This document shows positions 30,256 to 40,508 of a DNA stretch of 63,630 nucleotides, piece after piece. The notes under the pieces are model-generated. The model worked only from the letters and a program-made list of their open reading frames with translations. It was not told the origin of the DNA and made no database searches. A program made the translations under genes and the position numbers. The stretch comes from an uncultured Clostridia bacterium (lineage in GTDB: Bacteria; Bacillota; Clostridia; TANB77; CAG-508), in assembly GCA_947632475.1 (NCBI GenBank), contig CANRPI010000003.1, forward strand, positions 1-63,630, given 5' to 3'. Every line of letters starts with the position of its first letter. Position 1 is the first letter of the stretch.

Positions 30256-31900
30256 TTTTCGCCCTTTCAAACCTTTTTTGAATTCTTTCTTTTCCTAGAA
30301 TTTTCATTATTTCAAACATATCTGGTGTATTTGTTCTTGAAGTTAATGCAACTCTTAGAACTGTACTTACATCACCTACATGGGCCTTATACATTCCTGG
30401 ATTTGCCTTAAATTCTTTTACATCTTTGCAATATCCTAGTTCTTCAGAAAGTGATTTTATTTTATCAAACCATGTTTGTTTGTCATCATTTTCATTATAA
30501 TATTTTTCTATGTATAATTCTAATATTTTTTCTATTTCTTCTTTTTGGTTTATTACTTGATATGGATAATTTTGTTGCTTTGCTTCAAATATTTCGTCAT
30601 ACATATATTCTATGTTTTCTTTAACTTCAGACCATTTTGATATGTCTTTTCTTGGTTTTTTATTTCCTCTTTCTATTCCTAATACTTTTAAACTATATTC
30701 TTTATTTTGTAGCATCTCTTCTAATTCTTTATCATATTTTTTTGCCCATTTAAGTGATTCTTCATAAACCTTTTCTGCTGAAAATCTTGAAATTACTGTT
30801 TTTGCTACATCTAACAGTTTAACCATATCAAATAATGCTCCACTTACACTCATTTTGTTTAATTGTAATTCAAAATCTTCTATTTTTGCCTCTGGATTTG
30901 CTCTTCTCCAATTTTCAAAATTTGAGTTTGCTATATTTAAAAGATATTCTTTTACAGCTTCTTTTGGAATTCCTTCTTCTTCGTAATAACTTACAGCTGC
31001 CTCTGGGTCTTTTCTTTTACTTAATTTTCTCTTATTTCCATCTTCATTTTTCATTATTGGTGCAATATGTGCATATTTTGGTGCTCTAAATCCTAATTCT
31101 TTAAATAGTTGTAAATGTAATGGAACTGAAGATAGCCATTCATCTCCACGTATTACATGTGTTGTTTTCATTAAATGGTCATCTACTGCATGTGCAAAGT
31201 GGTATGTTGGTAAACCATCTGCTTTTATTATTACTATATCTTGGTCATTTTCTGGAAATTCTACATTTCCTTTTATTACATCTTTGTGCTTTATTTTTCT
31301 GTCTTCTCTACCTGGTGATTTAAAACGAATTATATATTTTTCACCATTTTTTATTTTTTGTGCCATTTCTTCTACTGTATTGTTTCTGCATTTTGCCCAT
31401 ACTCCATAATATCCAGGTCTTACTTTTGCACTTTCTTGTTTTTTTCTTATTTCTTCGCCTTCTTCTTCTGTGCAAAAACATGGATATGCTTTTCCTTGCC
31501 CTATTAAATATTTTGCATATGCTTGATATATTTCTTTTCTTAAAGATTGTCTGTATGGCCCATATTCGCCTTTGCTTTCTTCTTCGTTTGTCATTCCTTC
31601 ATCTGGTTCTAAACCAAATTCTTTTAATGCTTCTATTATTCCACTTATACCATTTTCGACTTCTCTTTTTTGGTCGGTGTCTTCTACTCTTAAGAAAAAT
31701 ACTCCTTTTGTTTGATCTGCTAATTTTTTTGCTATTTCACATTGATACAATCCACCTATATGCACAAAACCTGTTGGACTTGGCGCAAATCTAGTTACTA
31801 TTGCCCCTTCTGGTAAATTTCTTTCTGGATATTTTTCTTCATAATATGATATTTCCTTTGCTTCTGGAAATATTAAGTTTGCTAATTCTTTATAATCCAT
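30245..31900 (-). CDS. gltX: glutamate--tRNA ligase
   Basis: RFAPSPTGFVHIGG, KLSKRK; ATG 31900 after GGAGG. Confidence 0.93.
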   Translation of the reverse strand: MDYKELANLIFPEAKEISYYEEKYPERNLPEGAIVTRFAPSPTGFVHIGGLYQCEIAKKLADQTKGVFFLRVEDTDQKREVENGISGIIEALKEFGLEPDEGMTNEEESKGEYGPYRQSLRKEIYQAYAKYLIGQGKAYPCFCTEEEGEEIRKKQESAKVRPGYYGVWAKCRNNTVEEMAQKIKNGEKYIIRFKSPGREDRKIKHKDVIKGNVEFPENDQDIVIIKADGLPTYHFAHAVDDHLMKTTHVIRGDEWLSSVPLHLQLFKELGFRAPKYAHIAPIMKNEDGNKRKLSKRKDPEAAVSYYEEEGIPKEAVKEYLLNIANSNFENWRRANPEAKIEDFELQLNKMSVSGALFDMVKLLDVAKTVISRFSAEKVYEESLKWAKKYDKELEEMLQNKEYSLKVLGIERGNKKPRKDISKWSEVKENIEYMYDEIFEAKQQNYPYQVINQKEEIEKILELYIEKYYNENDDKQTWFDKIKSLSEELGYCKDVKEFKANPGMYKAHVGDVSTVLRVALTSRTNTPDMFEIMKILGKERIQKRFERAKNAI

Positions 31901-31902
31901 TA

Positions 31903-33846
31903 TTAAACCTCCATAATAATTGGTATAATCATTGGGTTTCTTTTTGTTTTCATAAATATATAATCTCTTAATTTTTCTCTTGTAGTTGTTTTTATTGTTG
32001 CCCAATCTCTAATGCCTCTTTCTTCACATTTTTTTACTTCATGTCTTACTACTGATTTAACATCATCCATTAAGCTTTCTGATTCTCTAACATATACAAA
32101 ACCTCTTGATATAACATCTGGTCCAGCTACTACTTCCCCTGTTTGAGAATCCATTGTTAATACTATTACTATTAGTCCGTCTTGTGATAAATGCTGTCTA
32201 TCTCTTAATACAATATTTCCTACATCTCCTACACCAAGACCATCTACTAGTACTCTTCCACTTGGTACTGAAGATGTTAATTCTGCTTTTTCTTCATTTA
32301 TTTCTAATATTCTTCCATTTGATAGCATTATTATGTTTTTCTTTTCTATTCCCATACTTTGTGCTGTTTCACTATGAGCTACTAGTTGTCTGTATTCGCC
32401 ATGAACAGGTATAAAGTATTTTGGTTTTGCTAAGGCTAAAATTAGTTTTTGCTCTTCTTGGCATGCATGTCCTGATACATGTATGTCATAAAGTGAGCTA
32501 TATACAACTTCTGCTCCTATTTGCATTAAGTCATCTATTACTTTTGAAACGAATTTTTCATTTCCTGGTATTGGAGTTGCTGATATTATTACTAAGTCGT
32601 TTGATGTTATTGTTACTTTTCTATGGTCTCCTGCTGCCATTCTTGTTAGTGCTGACATTGGCTCTCCTTGGCTTCCAGTTGTTATTATTACTAATTGCTC
32701 ATCATTGTATGTTCCTATCATGTCTATGTCTATAAAAAGATTTTCTGGACATTCTATATACCCAAGTTCTCTTGCAGTTTCTATCATGTTTATCATGCTT
32801 CTTCCACATACTGCAATTTTTCTGTTGTTACTAACTGCTGAGTTTACAATTTGTTGAACTCTGTGCACATTTGAAGCAAATGTTGCTACAACTATTCTTT
32901 TTTTGCAGTTTAAAAATAGTTTGTCAAATACTTCTCCTACTGAACTTTCTGACATTGTGAATCCTTTTCTTTCTGCATTTGTACTGTCTGACATTAATGC
33001 TAGGATTCCTTGGTTTCCTAATTCTGCTATTCTTCCTAAGTTCATTAGTTTTCCGTCTATTGGTGTGTAGTCTACTTTGAAGTCTCCTGTGTGTAGTACC
33101 GTTCCTACAGGAGTTGTTATTGCTAACATTACAGAATCTGGTATGCTGTGTGAGCTTCTTATGAATTCAACTTTAAAGTTTTTTCCAAATTGTATTGTTT
33201 GCCCTTGCATTACTTCTACTATTTTTGTACTTCTTAGTAGTTTGTGTTCTTCTAATTTGTTTCTAATTAGTCCTGCTGATAGTTTTGTAGCATATATTGG
33301 AATGTTTATTTTTTTTAATAAATATGGTACTCCTCCTATATGGTCTTCATGTCCATGTGTTATTATTAACCCTTTTATTTTTTCTACATTTTTCTCTAAA
33401 TATGTGGTATCTGGTATAACTAGGTCTATTCCTAGCATTTCATCTTCTGGGAATGATATTCCACAATCTACTACTATTATCTCATCTTCATATTCAAATA
33501 CTGTTATGTTTTTTCCGATTTCATGTAATCCACCTAATGGTATTATTTTTAGTTTTGATTTTTTAAATATACTTTTTTCTTCTATTTCTTGCTCTTTTAC
33601 TTTTCTTGTTCTTCTAGTTGTTTTTCTTATTTTTGTTATATCTTGTTTTTCTTCTCTTGTTTGTTCATTGTTTTTTATTTCAATTTGTTTTTTTTCTTTT
33701 TTTACTTTATTTATTCTTTTATTAATATTTTTATTTTCCATATTGTCTCTTTCACTTGCTGTATTACTGTTTTCTCTCCTTTCATTTTTATTTTCTCTTT
33801 TTCTAAATTCTCTTTTCTCTCCTCTTCTTGTTTTCTCTTCTGCCAT
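31903..33846 (-). CDS. rnj: ribonuclease J with a charged N-terminal extension of about 95 aa
   Basis: PLGGLHEIGKN, THGHEDHIGG, HTGDFK, HVSGHA. Confidence 0.94.
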   Translation of the reverse strand: MAEEKTRRGEKREFRKRENKNERRENSNTASERDNMENKNINKRINKVKKEKKQIEIKNNEQTREEKQDITKIRKTTRRTRKVKEQEIEEKSIFKKSKLKIIPLGGLHEIGKNITVFEYEDEIIVVDCGISFPEDEMLGIDLVIPDTTYLEKNVEKIKGLIITHGHEDHIGGVPYLLKKINIPIYATKLSAGLIRNKLEEHKLLRSTKIVEVMQGQTIQFGKNFKVEFIRSSHSIPDSVMLAITTPVGTVLHTGDFKVDYTPIDGKLMNLGRIAELGNQGILALMSDSTNAERKGFTMSESSVGEVFDKLFLNCKKRIVVATFASNVHRVQQIVNSAVSNNRKIAVCGRSMINMIETARELGYIECPENLFIDIDMIGTYNDEQLVIITTGSQGEPMSALTRMAAGDHRKVTITSNDLVIISATPIPGNEKFVSKVIDDLMQIGAEVVYSSLYDIHVSGHACQEEQKLILALAKPKYFIPVHGEYRQLVAHSETAQSMGIEKKNIIMLSNGRILEINEEKAELTSSVPSGRVLVDGLGVGDVGNIVLRDRQHLSQDGLIVIVLTMDSQTGEVVAGPDVISRGFVYVRESESLMDDVKSVVRHEVKKCEERGIRDWATIKTTTREKLRDYIFMKTKRNPMIIPIIMEV

Positions 33847-33981
33847 GATTTTCTCTTATTTCTCCTTTCTTATTTGCACATTTGTTTTTATATTATTTAT
33901 ACCTCTCTTTTTTATGTATATAATAATATTGATCTCATTTTTTCACGTTTAAAATTATACTATATTTTTCCTTAAAAGTCA

Positions 33982-34017
33982 AATGTCGTAATTAGTTTTT
34001 ACACCAATTACGACATT
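33982..34017 (-). terminator. terminator-like hairpin
   Basis: AATGTCGTAATT...AATTACGACATT. Confidence 0.55.
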
Positions 34018-34073
34018 ATTATTTGTTAATTTTTATTTTTTAATACATGTGTTTTGAAAATTATTTTTTAATG

Positions 34074-34946
34074 TTAGTTGTTGTTTTCTCCTCTTCCTTC
34101 TGGAAGTGCTGATGAGTAATCTATTACTATTCTTATTTTTGTTAAACATCTTATTGTTCTTACTAACTTGCTGTTTTTAATTCTTTGCCATAAGCTTGGT
34201 TTTGCTTCAAATGTTGTCTCTTCTACATATTGTTGTTTAACTTCTTCTTTAATTTGTTCTGGTTCTTCTACTACGTTTTCTATTACTTTTTCCTCTATTG
34301 GAGTTGGTATTGTTTTTAGAGCATCTGCAATTTCAATTCCTATGTAACTTAATGCTTTTGATCTGTCTTCAATTCTTTCCATGTCAATTTCTATGTGTAG
34401 ATTTGATTCTAAGTTATTTATTCTTGCATTAAGTAATTTTAATGCATCGCTGTAATCTTGTGATTCTTCATCTTTTGCTTTTCCTATTATTGTTAATGGC
34501 TCTATTATGTCTTCTGAAAAATTATTTTCTGCTTTTTTTATTTTTTCTTTCCAATCTTTATCTTTATTTTCTACTGCTTCTAATAGTTCTTTTAGGTCTC
34601 CAGCAGTTGCTATATTTTGCTCTCTTTGTCTTATTAATTCTTCTATTTTCTTTGTATTTTCTTCAAATTGATTTGTTGCATATTCCACTAACCCATAGGC
34701 TGATTTATATACTGATGCTGGGAAATTTTTCTTTTTGGGGTATTCTATTAAATATGTTTTTATTGATTCTACTAGATCTTTAAAATATGTATCATCTTCT
34801 AATTGTACTATTTGTTTCTTGCTTTTTGGATTTATTAGTTTTTGAATTTTATCTATATTTGATAATATTTTTTCTTCTGTTATTACCATTCTTACATTTA
34901 CTATGCCAGACTTAGACATGTAAATTCCCTCCTTTATCTTACGCAT
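34074..34946 (-). CDS. hypothetical coiled-coil protein
   Basis: long ORF with host-like codon usage; RBS before MSKSG; no family recognised. Confidence 0.7.
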   Translation of the reverse strand: MRKIKEGIYMSKSGIVNVRMVITEEKILSNIDKIQKLINPKSKKQIVQLEDDTYFKDLVESIKTYLIEYPKKKNFPASVYKSAYGLVEYATNQFEENTKKIEELIRQREQNIATAGDLKELLEAVENKDKDWKEKIKKAENNFSEDIIEPLTIIGKAKDEESQDYSDALKLLNARINNLESNLHIEIDMERIEDRSKALSYIGIEIADALKTIPTPIEEKVIENVVEEPEQIKEEVKQQYVEETTFEAKPSLWQRIKNSKLVRTIRCLTKIRIVIDYSSALPEGRGENNN

Positions 34947-35154
34947 ACTTGCTTTTTACTGTTTTCTTTATAATTATACATGAATTTACAAAAAACCTCA
35001 AGTAAATTTGCAAGTTTTTGTGTTAAATTTTTATTACAGAAATATTACATTTTTGTTACAATTTAAATTTTTTTTATTCTATTTTTTTATTTCATATTGA
35101 TTTTTCCTACGGAATCATAGAATTTGCCATTCTTAATATTTTCATATTTTTCTT

Positions 35155-36873
35155 TTAATTTAACACTGTTTTTATTTCTTCAAATCTTTTTATTTTTTGT
35201 GTGGTTGTTTTTATTAATGGTTCATTTGTTATATCAATTTTTCTTATATATTTATATGCTGGCATTGTTTTGTTTACTTTTTTTACTTCTTGCCATATTA
35301 TTTCTTTTATTTTTTCTTCGTCTTCTTCGTTGTATTTTTCTTGTATTAGTTCTTTATCATAAACAATTTTTGCACATATTTTGTAGTCTCCATCTTCTTC
35401 AGGTTTTCCATAAACAAAACTTTCTTGTACTCCTTCTATTTTATTTACTAGTGCTTCAAGTTCTTCTGGATATATGTTTTTTCCATTTTTTAATACTATT
35501 ACAAATTTTTTTCTGCCACATATAAATATATAACCATCTTTATCTATTTTTGCTAAATCTCCTGTGTGTAACCATCCTTCTGAGTCTATTGTTTCTTTTG
35601 TTGCCTCTTCATTGTTGTAATATCCAATCATTATTGAGTCACCTTTTGCCAATAATTCTCCTATTCCTTCTTCATTTGCATCTAATATTTTTACATCTAA
35701 ACTTGGAAATGCTTTTCCTATTGAACCAATTCTTCTATATTTGTCATCTTCTGAAGCTATTACAGGTGAACTTTCAGTTAAGCCATACCCTTGGTACATT
35801 GTAAATCCTAACTGATTAAATCCTTTTTCTGCCTCTGCATCTAGTGCTGCTCCTCCTGCTACTAATAATCTTAATTTTCCTCCTAGGTTGTCATGTATTT
35901 CTTTAAATAGCTTTTTTCTTATATCTATTCCAAATTTTAATAGGATTTGACTTATTTTTATTCCTTTTTGTACTGTTTCTAATTTTCCTTTTTTTTCTAT
36001 TCCTTTTATTACTTTTTTATACATGTTTTCAAATAATATTGGCACTGAAATCATTGCTGTTATTTTGTATTCTTTTATATTGTCTGCAATATGTCTTATT
36101 CCTTCGCAAAAAGCTATTGCACTTCCTTTGCTTACTGGATATAAGAATCCAACTGTGCATTCAAATGTGTGATGTAATGGTAAAAATGATAAGAATCTAT
36201 CATTTTCATCTACTTTTATAGTTGCTGCAATGTCCATTAGGTTTGTGCATATATTTTTATGTGATAACATTACTGCTTTTGACATTGCCGTTGTTCCAGA
36301 TGTGAATAACATTATTGACATTTCTTCTGCATTTATTTTTGCATCTAAAAATTCTCTGTTTCCTTTTTCTATTAGTTTTTTTCCTTTTTCTATTAATTCG
36401 TTTTCTGAATAAATATTATTTTCTTCTTTTTCTAAATCCATTGATATAAAACATTTTACTTTTGTATTTTTCTTTTCTTTTATTTCATTCATTACTTCAT
36501 CATATTTTTTAGAATAAAATATTGCCTCTACTTCTGAACGTATAATTAGGTTTTCAATTTCATTGTTTGGAAGTGCTTTGTCTAATGGAACTACTATTCC
36601 AGTACCTGTTACTACTGCCAAGTATGCTACTGCCCATTCATATCTGTTTTCTGAAATTACAGCTATTCTTTTATTTTTTAGTCCTATATCTATTAATGCT
36701 GTTCCTAAGCTATTAACTTGGTTTCTAAATTCTTTATGTGTTATTTCTCTAAATTTATTTTCTTCTTGTGTCTTAAAAATGTATGCTGGTCTATTTGCAT
36801 ATTTTTCTCCTGTTTTATTTAACATGTCTTTTAAGTCTGTAAATTTCATATATTCATGTACTGGTTTTCTCAT
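35155..36873 (-). CDS. long-chain fatty-acid--CoA ligase (AMP-binding)
   Basis: FTSGTT, QGYGLTESSP, GWLHTGDL, GKNIYPEELE. Confidence 0.88.
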   Translation of the reverse strand: MRKPVHEYMKFTDLKDMLNKTGEKYANRPAYIFKTQEENKFREITHKEFRNQVNSLGTALIDIGLKNKRIAVISENRYEWAVAYLAVVTGTGIVVPLDKALPNNEIENLIIRSEVEAIFYSKKYDEVMNEIKEKKNTKVKCFISMDLEKEENNIYSENELIEKGKKLIEKGNREFLDAKINAEEMSIMLFTSGTTAMSKAVMLSHKNICTNLMDIAATIKVDENDRFLSFLPLHHTFECTVGFLYPVSKGSAIAFCEGIRHIADNIKEYKITAMISVPILFENMYKKVIKGIEKKGKLETVQKGIKISQILLKFGIDIRKKLFKEIHDNLGGKLRLLVAGGAALDAEAEKGFNQLGFTMYQGYGLTESSPVIASEDDKYRRIGSIGKAFPSLDVKILDANEEGIGELLAKGDSIMIGYYNNEEATKETIDSEGWLHTGDLAKIDKDGYIFICGRKKFVIVLKNGKNIYPEELEALVNKIEGVQESFVYGKPEEDGDYKICAKIVYDKELIQEKYNEEDEEKIKEIIWQEVKKVNKTMPAYKYIRKIDITNEPLIKTTTQKIKRFEEIKTVLN

Positions 36874-36915
36874 TCTATGGCTTATGTTAGTTTTTTACTA
36901 ACATATTCCTCCTTC

Positions 36916-37485
36916 CTATTTGTTTTTTAATCCTTCTATTACTGTGTTTTCAAATTCTTTATATAGTTTCATTATGTCTATTTGACCATTTTTTCTTATT
37001 TTATATACTAGGCTAGAACATATTAATCCATATATTTCTGATGCTATTGCTTGTGAATTTCCTTTTTTTATTTGTTTTGCTTCTATTCCTTCTTCTACTA
37101 TTTCTTCTATTTTTTTTACATATTTATAAATCTGCTCTTTGCACATTTGGTTTCTTGCTTCGTTTCCTAAAAATTGACTTAATAGTATTGTTATTATGTC
37201 TTCATATTTGTCTACTATTTTTATTTGTATTAGTACTATTGCTTTTATTTTGTCAATATAGTTTGGTATTTTTGATGTTTTTATTTCTATACTGTTTTGT
37301 AATAGTTTTATTCCTTCTTCTATTAGAAAGTTAAATATTTCTTCTTTGCTTGAAAAATGATAGTATAATGTTCCTTTTGCTACTCCTACTGTTGCTGTTA
37401 TTTCTTCTATACTTGTCGCATCATATCCTTTTTGTGCAAATAGTTTCATTGATGTTTCAAATATTTTTCTTTTTGTTTTGTTCAT
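36916..37485 (-). CDS. TetR/AcrR-family regulator
   Basis: GYDATSIEEITATVGVAKGTLYYHFSSKEEI. Confidence 0.92.
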   Translation of the reverse strand: MNKTKRKIFETSMKLFAQKGYDATSIEEITATVGVAKGTLYYHFSSKEEIFNFLIEEGIKLLQNSIEIKTSKIPNYIDKIKAIVLIQIKIVDKYEDIITILLSQFLGNEARNQMCKEQIYKYVKKIEEIVEEGIEAKQIKKGNSQAIASEIYGLICSSLVYKIRKNGQIDIMKLYKEFENTVIEGLKNK

Positions 37486-37724
37486 GCAACCACCCTCTCT
37501 AATGGGATTTTATGCTATTATTATATACGTTTTTAGATTATATTGCAATAGTAGTAATTTATTTTTTTTTACGGTTATATAAATAATTTCTTTATATTTT
37601 GGTATTTCAATTTGCTAGATTTAATAGTAATGTTAATTTAAAAATGAGAATGTGATTTTTCTAAATAACTCAATTATTTTTAGAAAAGCCTCATTCCCAT
37701 TTTTTAATTAATTATTTTTTACAA

Positions 37725-37898
37725 TTAATTATTTTCTACTGGTGCTTCTACAGGACAAACTCCAGCACAAGTACCACATCCTATGCATGCTGATTCATCA
37801 ATTGCAAATTTATCATCTCCTTGTGTTATGCATTGCACAGGACATTCTGCTGCACATGCTCCACAAGATATACACTTATCTGTTATTTTATATGCCAT
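37725..37898 (-). CDS. 2[4Fe-4S] ferredoxin
   Basis: CISCGAC..CP and CIGCGTC..CP; start MAYKI after GGAGGTG. Confidence 0.93.
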   Translation of the reverse strand: MAYKITDKCISCGACAAECPVQCITQGDDKFAIDESACIGCGTCAGVCPVEAPVENN

Positions 37899-37975
37899 AT
37901 AAATCACCTCCATTTTTTATTATCAATTTATTTTATAAATAATTGATTCATATGTTAGTTCGAAAATTTGTGCAT

Positions 37976-38869
37976 TTAATCTCTTTTTTCTAATTCTTCT
38001 AGTTCTTCTAATTCTTTTTTGTTTTTTATTTCTTCTTCATCTATTCTTTCTACTTCAATATTTTTTATAATTTGTATATCTTTTGCATCATATTTTTTGT
38101 ATATATACCCATCCCCATCTTTAAATTTTACTCTTATTTTTTCTTTTAGTATTTCTATTGAATCTACTTCTCCTTCTCCATCTTCTGTTTTTACTATTGC
38201 ACCTACATTTGGTAATTTATTTAGCTTTTCTTCATATACATCATTTTCATATTTTAAACAGCACATAAGTCTTCCACAATTTCCGGATATTTTTGATGGA
38301 TTTAGTGATAAGTTTTGCTCTTTTGCCATTTTTATTGATACCGCTTCAAAGTCACTTAAAAATGAACAGCAACATAATTCTCTACCACATATTCCATTTC
38401 CGCCTATTCTTTTTACTTCATCTCTTACTCCTATTTGACGAAGTTCAATTCTGGTTTTATAAATTGCAGCTAAGTCTTTTACCAAATCTCTAAAGTCTAT
38501 TCTTCCATCTGCTGTAAAGTAAAATAACATTTTACTATCATCAAATTTACATTCAATATCTGTTAATGTCATATCCAGCCCATGCTCTTTTATCTTTTTT
38601 TGACATGTTGCAAATGCTTCTTTTTCTTTTTTTCTACAATCTTTAAAATGTTTATGATCTTTGTAATTGGCAATTCTTATTACTTTTTTTAATGGTGCTA
38701 CTATTTTTTCGTCATCAACTAATCTATTTGGTATAACTACTTCTCCATATTCTTCGCCCTGTGCAGTTTCAACTATAACTTTTTCGCCTTTTTTTACTTT
38801 TAGGTTTTTTGGATTAAAAAAATAAATTTTTCCTAATTTTTTAAATCTTACTCCTATTATATTTTTCAA
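37976..38869 (-). CDS. ricT: PSP1-domain protein (YaaT/RicT)
   Basis: GRIDFRDLVK, RIELRQIGVRDE, CGRELCC, CGRLMCCLKYE; follows holB. Confidence 0.88.
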   Translation of the reverse strand: MKNIIGVRFKKLGKIYFFNPKNLKVKKGEKVIVETAQGEEYGEVVIPNRLVDDEKIVAPLKKVIRIANYKDHKHFKDCRKKEKEAFATCQKKIKEHGLDMTLTDIECKFDDSKMLFYFTADGRIDFRDLVKDLAAIYKTRIELRQIGVRDEVKRIGGNGICGRELCCCSFLSDFEAVSIKMAKEQNLSLNPSKISGNCGRLMCCLKYENDVYEEKLNKLPNVGAIVKTEDGEGEVDSIEILKEKIRVKFKDGDGYIYKKYDAKDIQIIKNIEVERIDEEEIKNKKELEELEELEKRD

Positions 38870-39777
38870 TTAACTTCCTCCCACATTTTAAATAACATAT
38901 AGTCTATACTCATATCATAATTTGCATTTTGGTTTATTCTTTTCTTGGTGTTTTCCACAATTTTTATACAACCTGTGTATTTAAATGTTTGTTTTGATAT
39001 TTTTAGTAAGATTATGTTTATATAATTTAATAATTCAAAAATTTCTTCTTTTGAACTATATAAGATTTGTGAATTTTTAATTATTTCTATTATATCTTGT
39101 TTTTCTAAGTTTAAAATGATTTTTTCTAATTCTTTATATTCTGATTGTTTTTCAATTATTTTGCTTGCTTTTCCTATGCTTCCTTCTGCTAAATTTAATA
39201 TTTCTTCTGAAATTTGATCTATTTTTTTGTTTTGCTCTAAATATTTTTCTATTTCTTGATTACTAATTGGGTTAAAACGTATTATCATACATCTTGATTT
39301 TATAGTATTTAAAAATGAATTTTCGTTTGAACCAATTAGTATTATTGTCGCAAATTCAGGTGGTTCTTCTAATGTTTTTAATAAACAATTTTGTGCTTCT
39401 TTTGTCATTAAGTCTGCATTGTCTATTATATATACTTTTTTGTTAGATATAATTGGCTTTTCTTGTACTTTTTTTTGTAAATATCTTATTTGCTCTATTT
39501 TTATGCTATTTCCTTCAGGTTCTATTATTAAAAAGTCTGGATTATTGTTTGTATTAAATTCTTTGCATGATTTACATTTATTACAACCTGATGTTTTTTC
39601 TGCTTGACTTTCTTCATTTTCTATACATAATATTGCTTTTGCAAATTTTGTAGCTAATATTTTTTTGCCTATTCCTTCTATTCCAACAAACATATAACTA
39701 TGTGAGATTTTATTTAGTTCTAAAGACTTTTGTAATCTTTCTTTTATTTGTTTATTCCCAATTATTTCTTCAAACAT
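38866..39777 (-). CDS. holB: DNA polymerase III delta' subunit
   Basis: SHSYMFVG, CNKCKSC, AQNCLLKTLEEPP, TIKSRC. Confidence 0.9.
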   Translation of the reverse strand: MFEEIIGNKQIKERLQKSLELNKISHSYMFVGIEGIGKKILATKFAKAILCIENEESQAEKTSGCNKCKSCKEFNTNNNPDFLIIEPEGNSIKIEQIRYLQKKVQEKPIISNKKVYIIDNADLMTKEAQNCLLKTLEEPPEFATIILIGSNENSFLNTIKSRCMIIRFNPISNQEIEKYLEQNKKIDQISEEILNLAEGSIGKASKIIEKQSEYKELEKIILNLEKQDIIEIIKNSQILYSSKEEIFELLNYINIILLKISKQTFKYTGCIKIVENTKKRINQNANYDMSIDYMLFKMWEEVN

Positions 39778-39843
39778 TAATTTAACCTACCTTAGCAAGC
39801 TTTTTCTTCTTAATTATTCTTAATTAAATTTTATGTAATTGTT

Positions 39844-40485
39844 TTATTTTACTTTTCCCCATTTATTTAATGGCCATATTCTTATTGCTACTGTGCTTTC
39901 TATTTTTTCTAATGGAATGCATCCAAAGTTTCTACAATCTTTGCTATAACTTCTATTATCTCCCATAGCAAATACACAATTTTCTGGAACTACAAATTCT
40001 GTAAATCCTACTCCCATAACGTCTGTGACTATACCTTCTGGTAAATAGCTTTCTTCTAGTTCTGTGTAGTTTATATATACTTTTCCATCTTTAATTTCTA
40101 CATGCTCACCTGGTAATGCAATTACTCTTTTTATGTAACTTCTTTTTCCTATTTCTAAGAAATTATGTATAAACCATTTCATTCCTGTTTTCTTTTCATA
40201 TTGCGCTATTGGAGTTGCATTTTCTATTTCTGATTGTGTATAAGATAATTTTGCTGGTTCTTCAAATGTTATTATTTGCCCTCTTTGAGGTAATTTCTTA
40301 GTTGTTCTTCCCCATCTATTTAACCATAGTCTTTGGTCTTGTATTAGTGTCGGCTTCATAGATTCTTGCTGAACTATGGTTGGTGTTCCTATAAAATATC
40401 TAAATAGCATTGCTAATACTAATGCTATGACTATACAATATACCCATTCTAAAATTTCTTTTACTGTTGAATTCAAAATTGTCAC
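39844..40485 (-). CDS. lepB: signal peptidase I
   Basis: SMKPTL, YIKRVIALPGE, MGDNRSYSKDCR. Confidence 0.92.
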   Translation of the reverse strand: MTILNSTVKEILEWVYCIVIALVLAMLFRYFIGTPTIVQQESMKPTLIQDQRLWLNRWGRTTKKLPQRGQIITFEEPAKLSYTQSEIENATPIAQYEKKTGMKWFIHNFLEIGKRSYIKRVIALPGEHVEIKDGKVYINYTELEESYLPEGIVTDVMGVGFTEFVVPENCVFAMGDNRSYSKDCRNFGCIPLEKIESTVAIRIWPLNKWGKVK

Positions 40486-40508
40486 TCTCCTTATTATTTA
40501 AATTATTT

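Noticed and set aside
31901-32005. N-terminal extension of GltX overlapping rnj
   Set aside because: RBS and ATG at 31900 give a normal start; the extension is an ORF-caller artefact.
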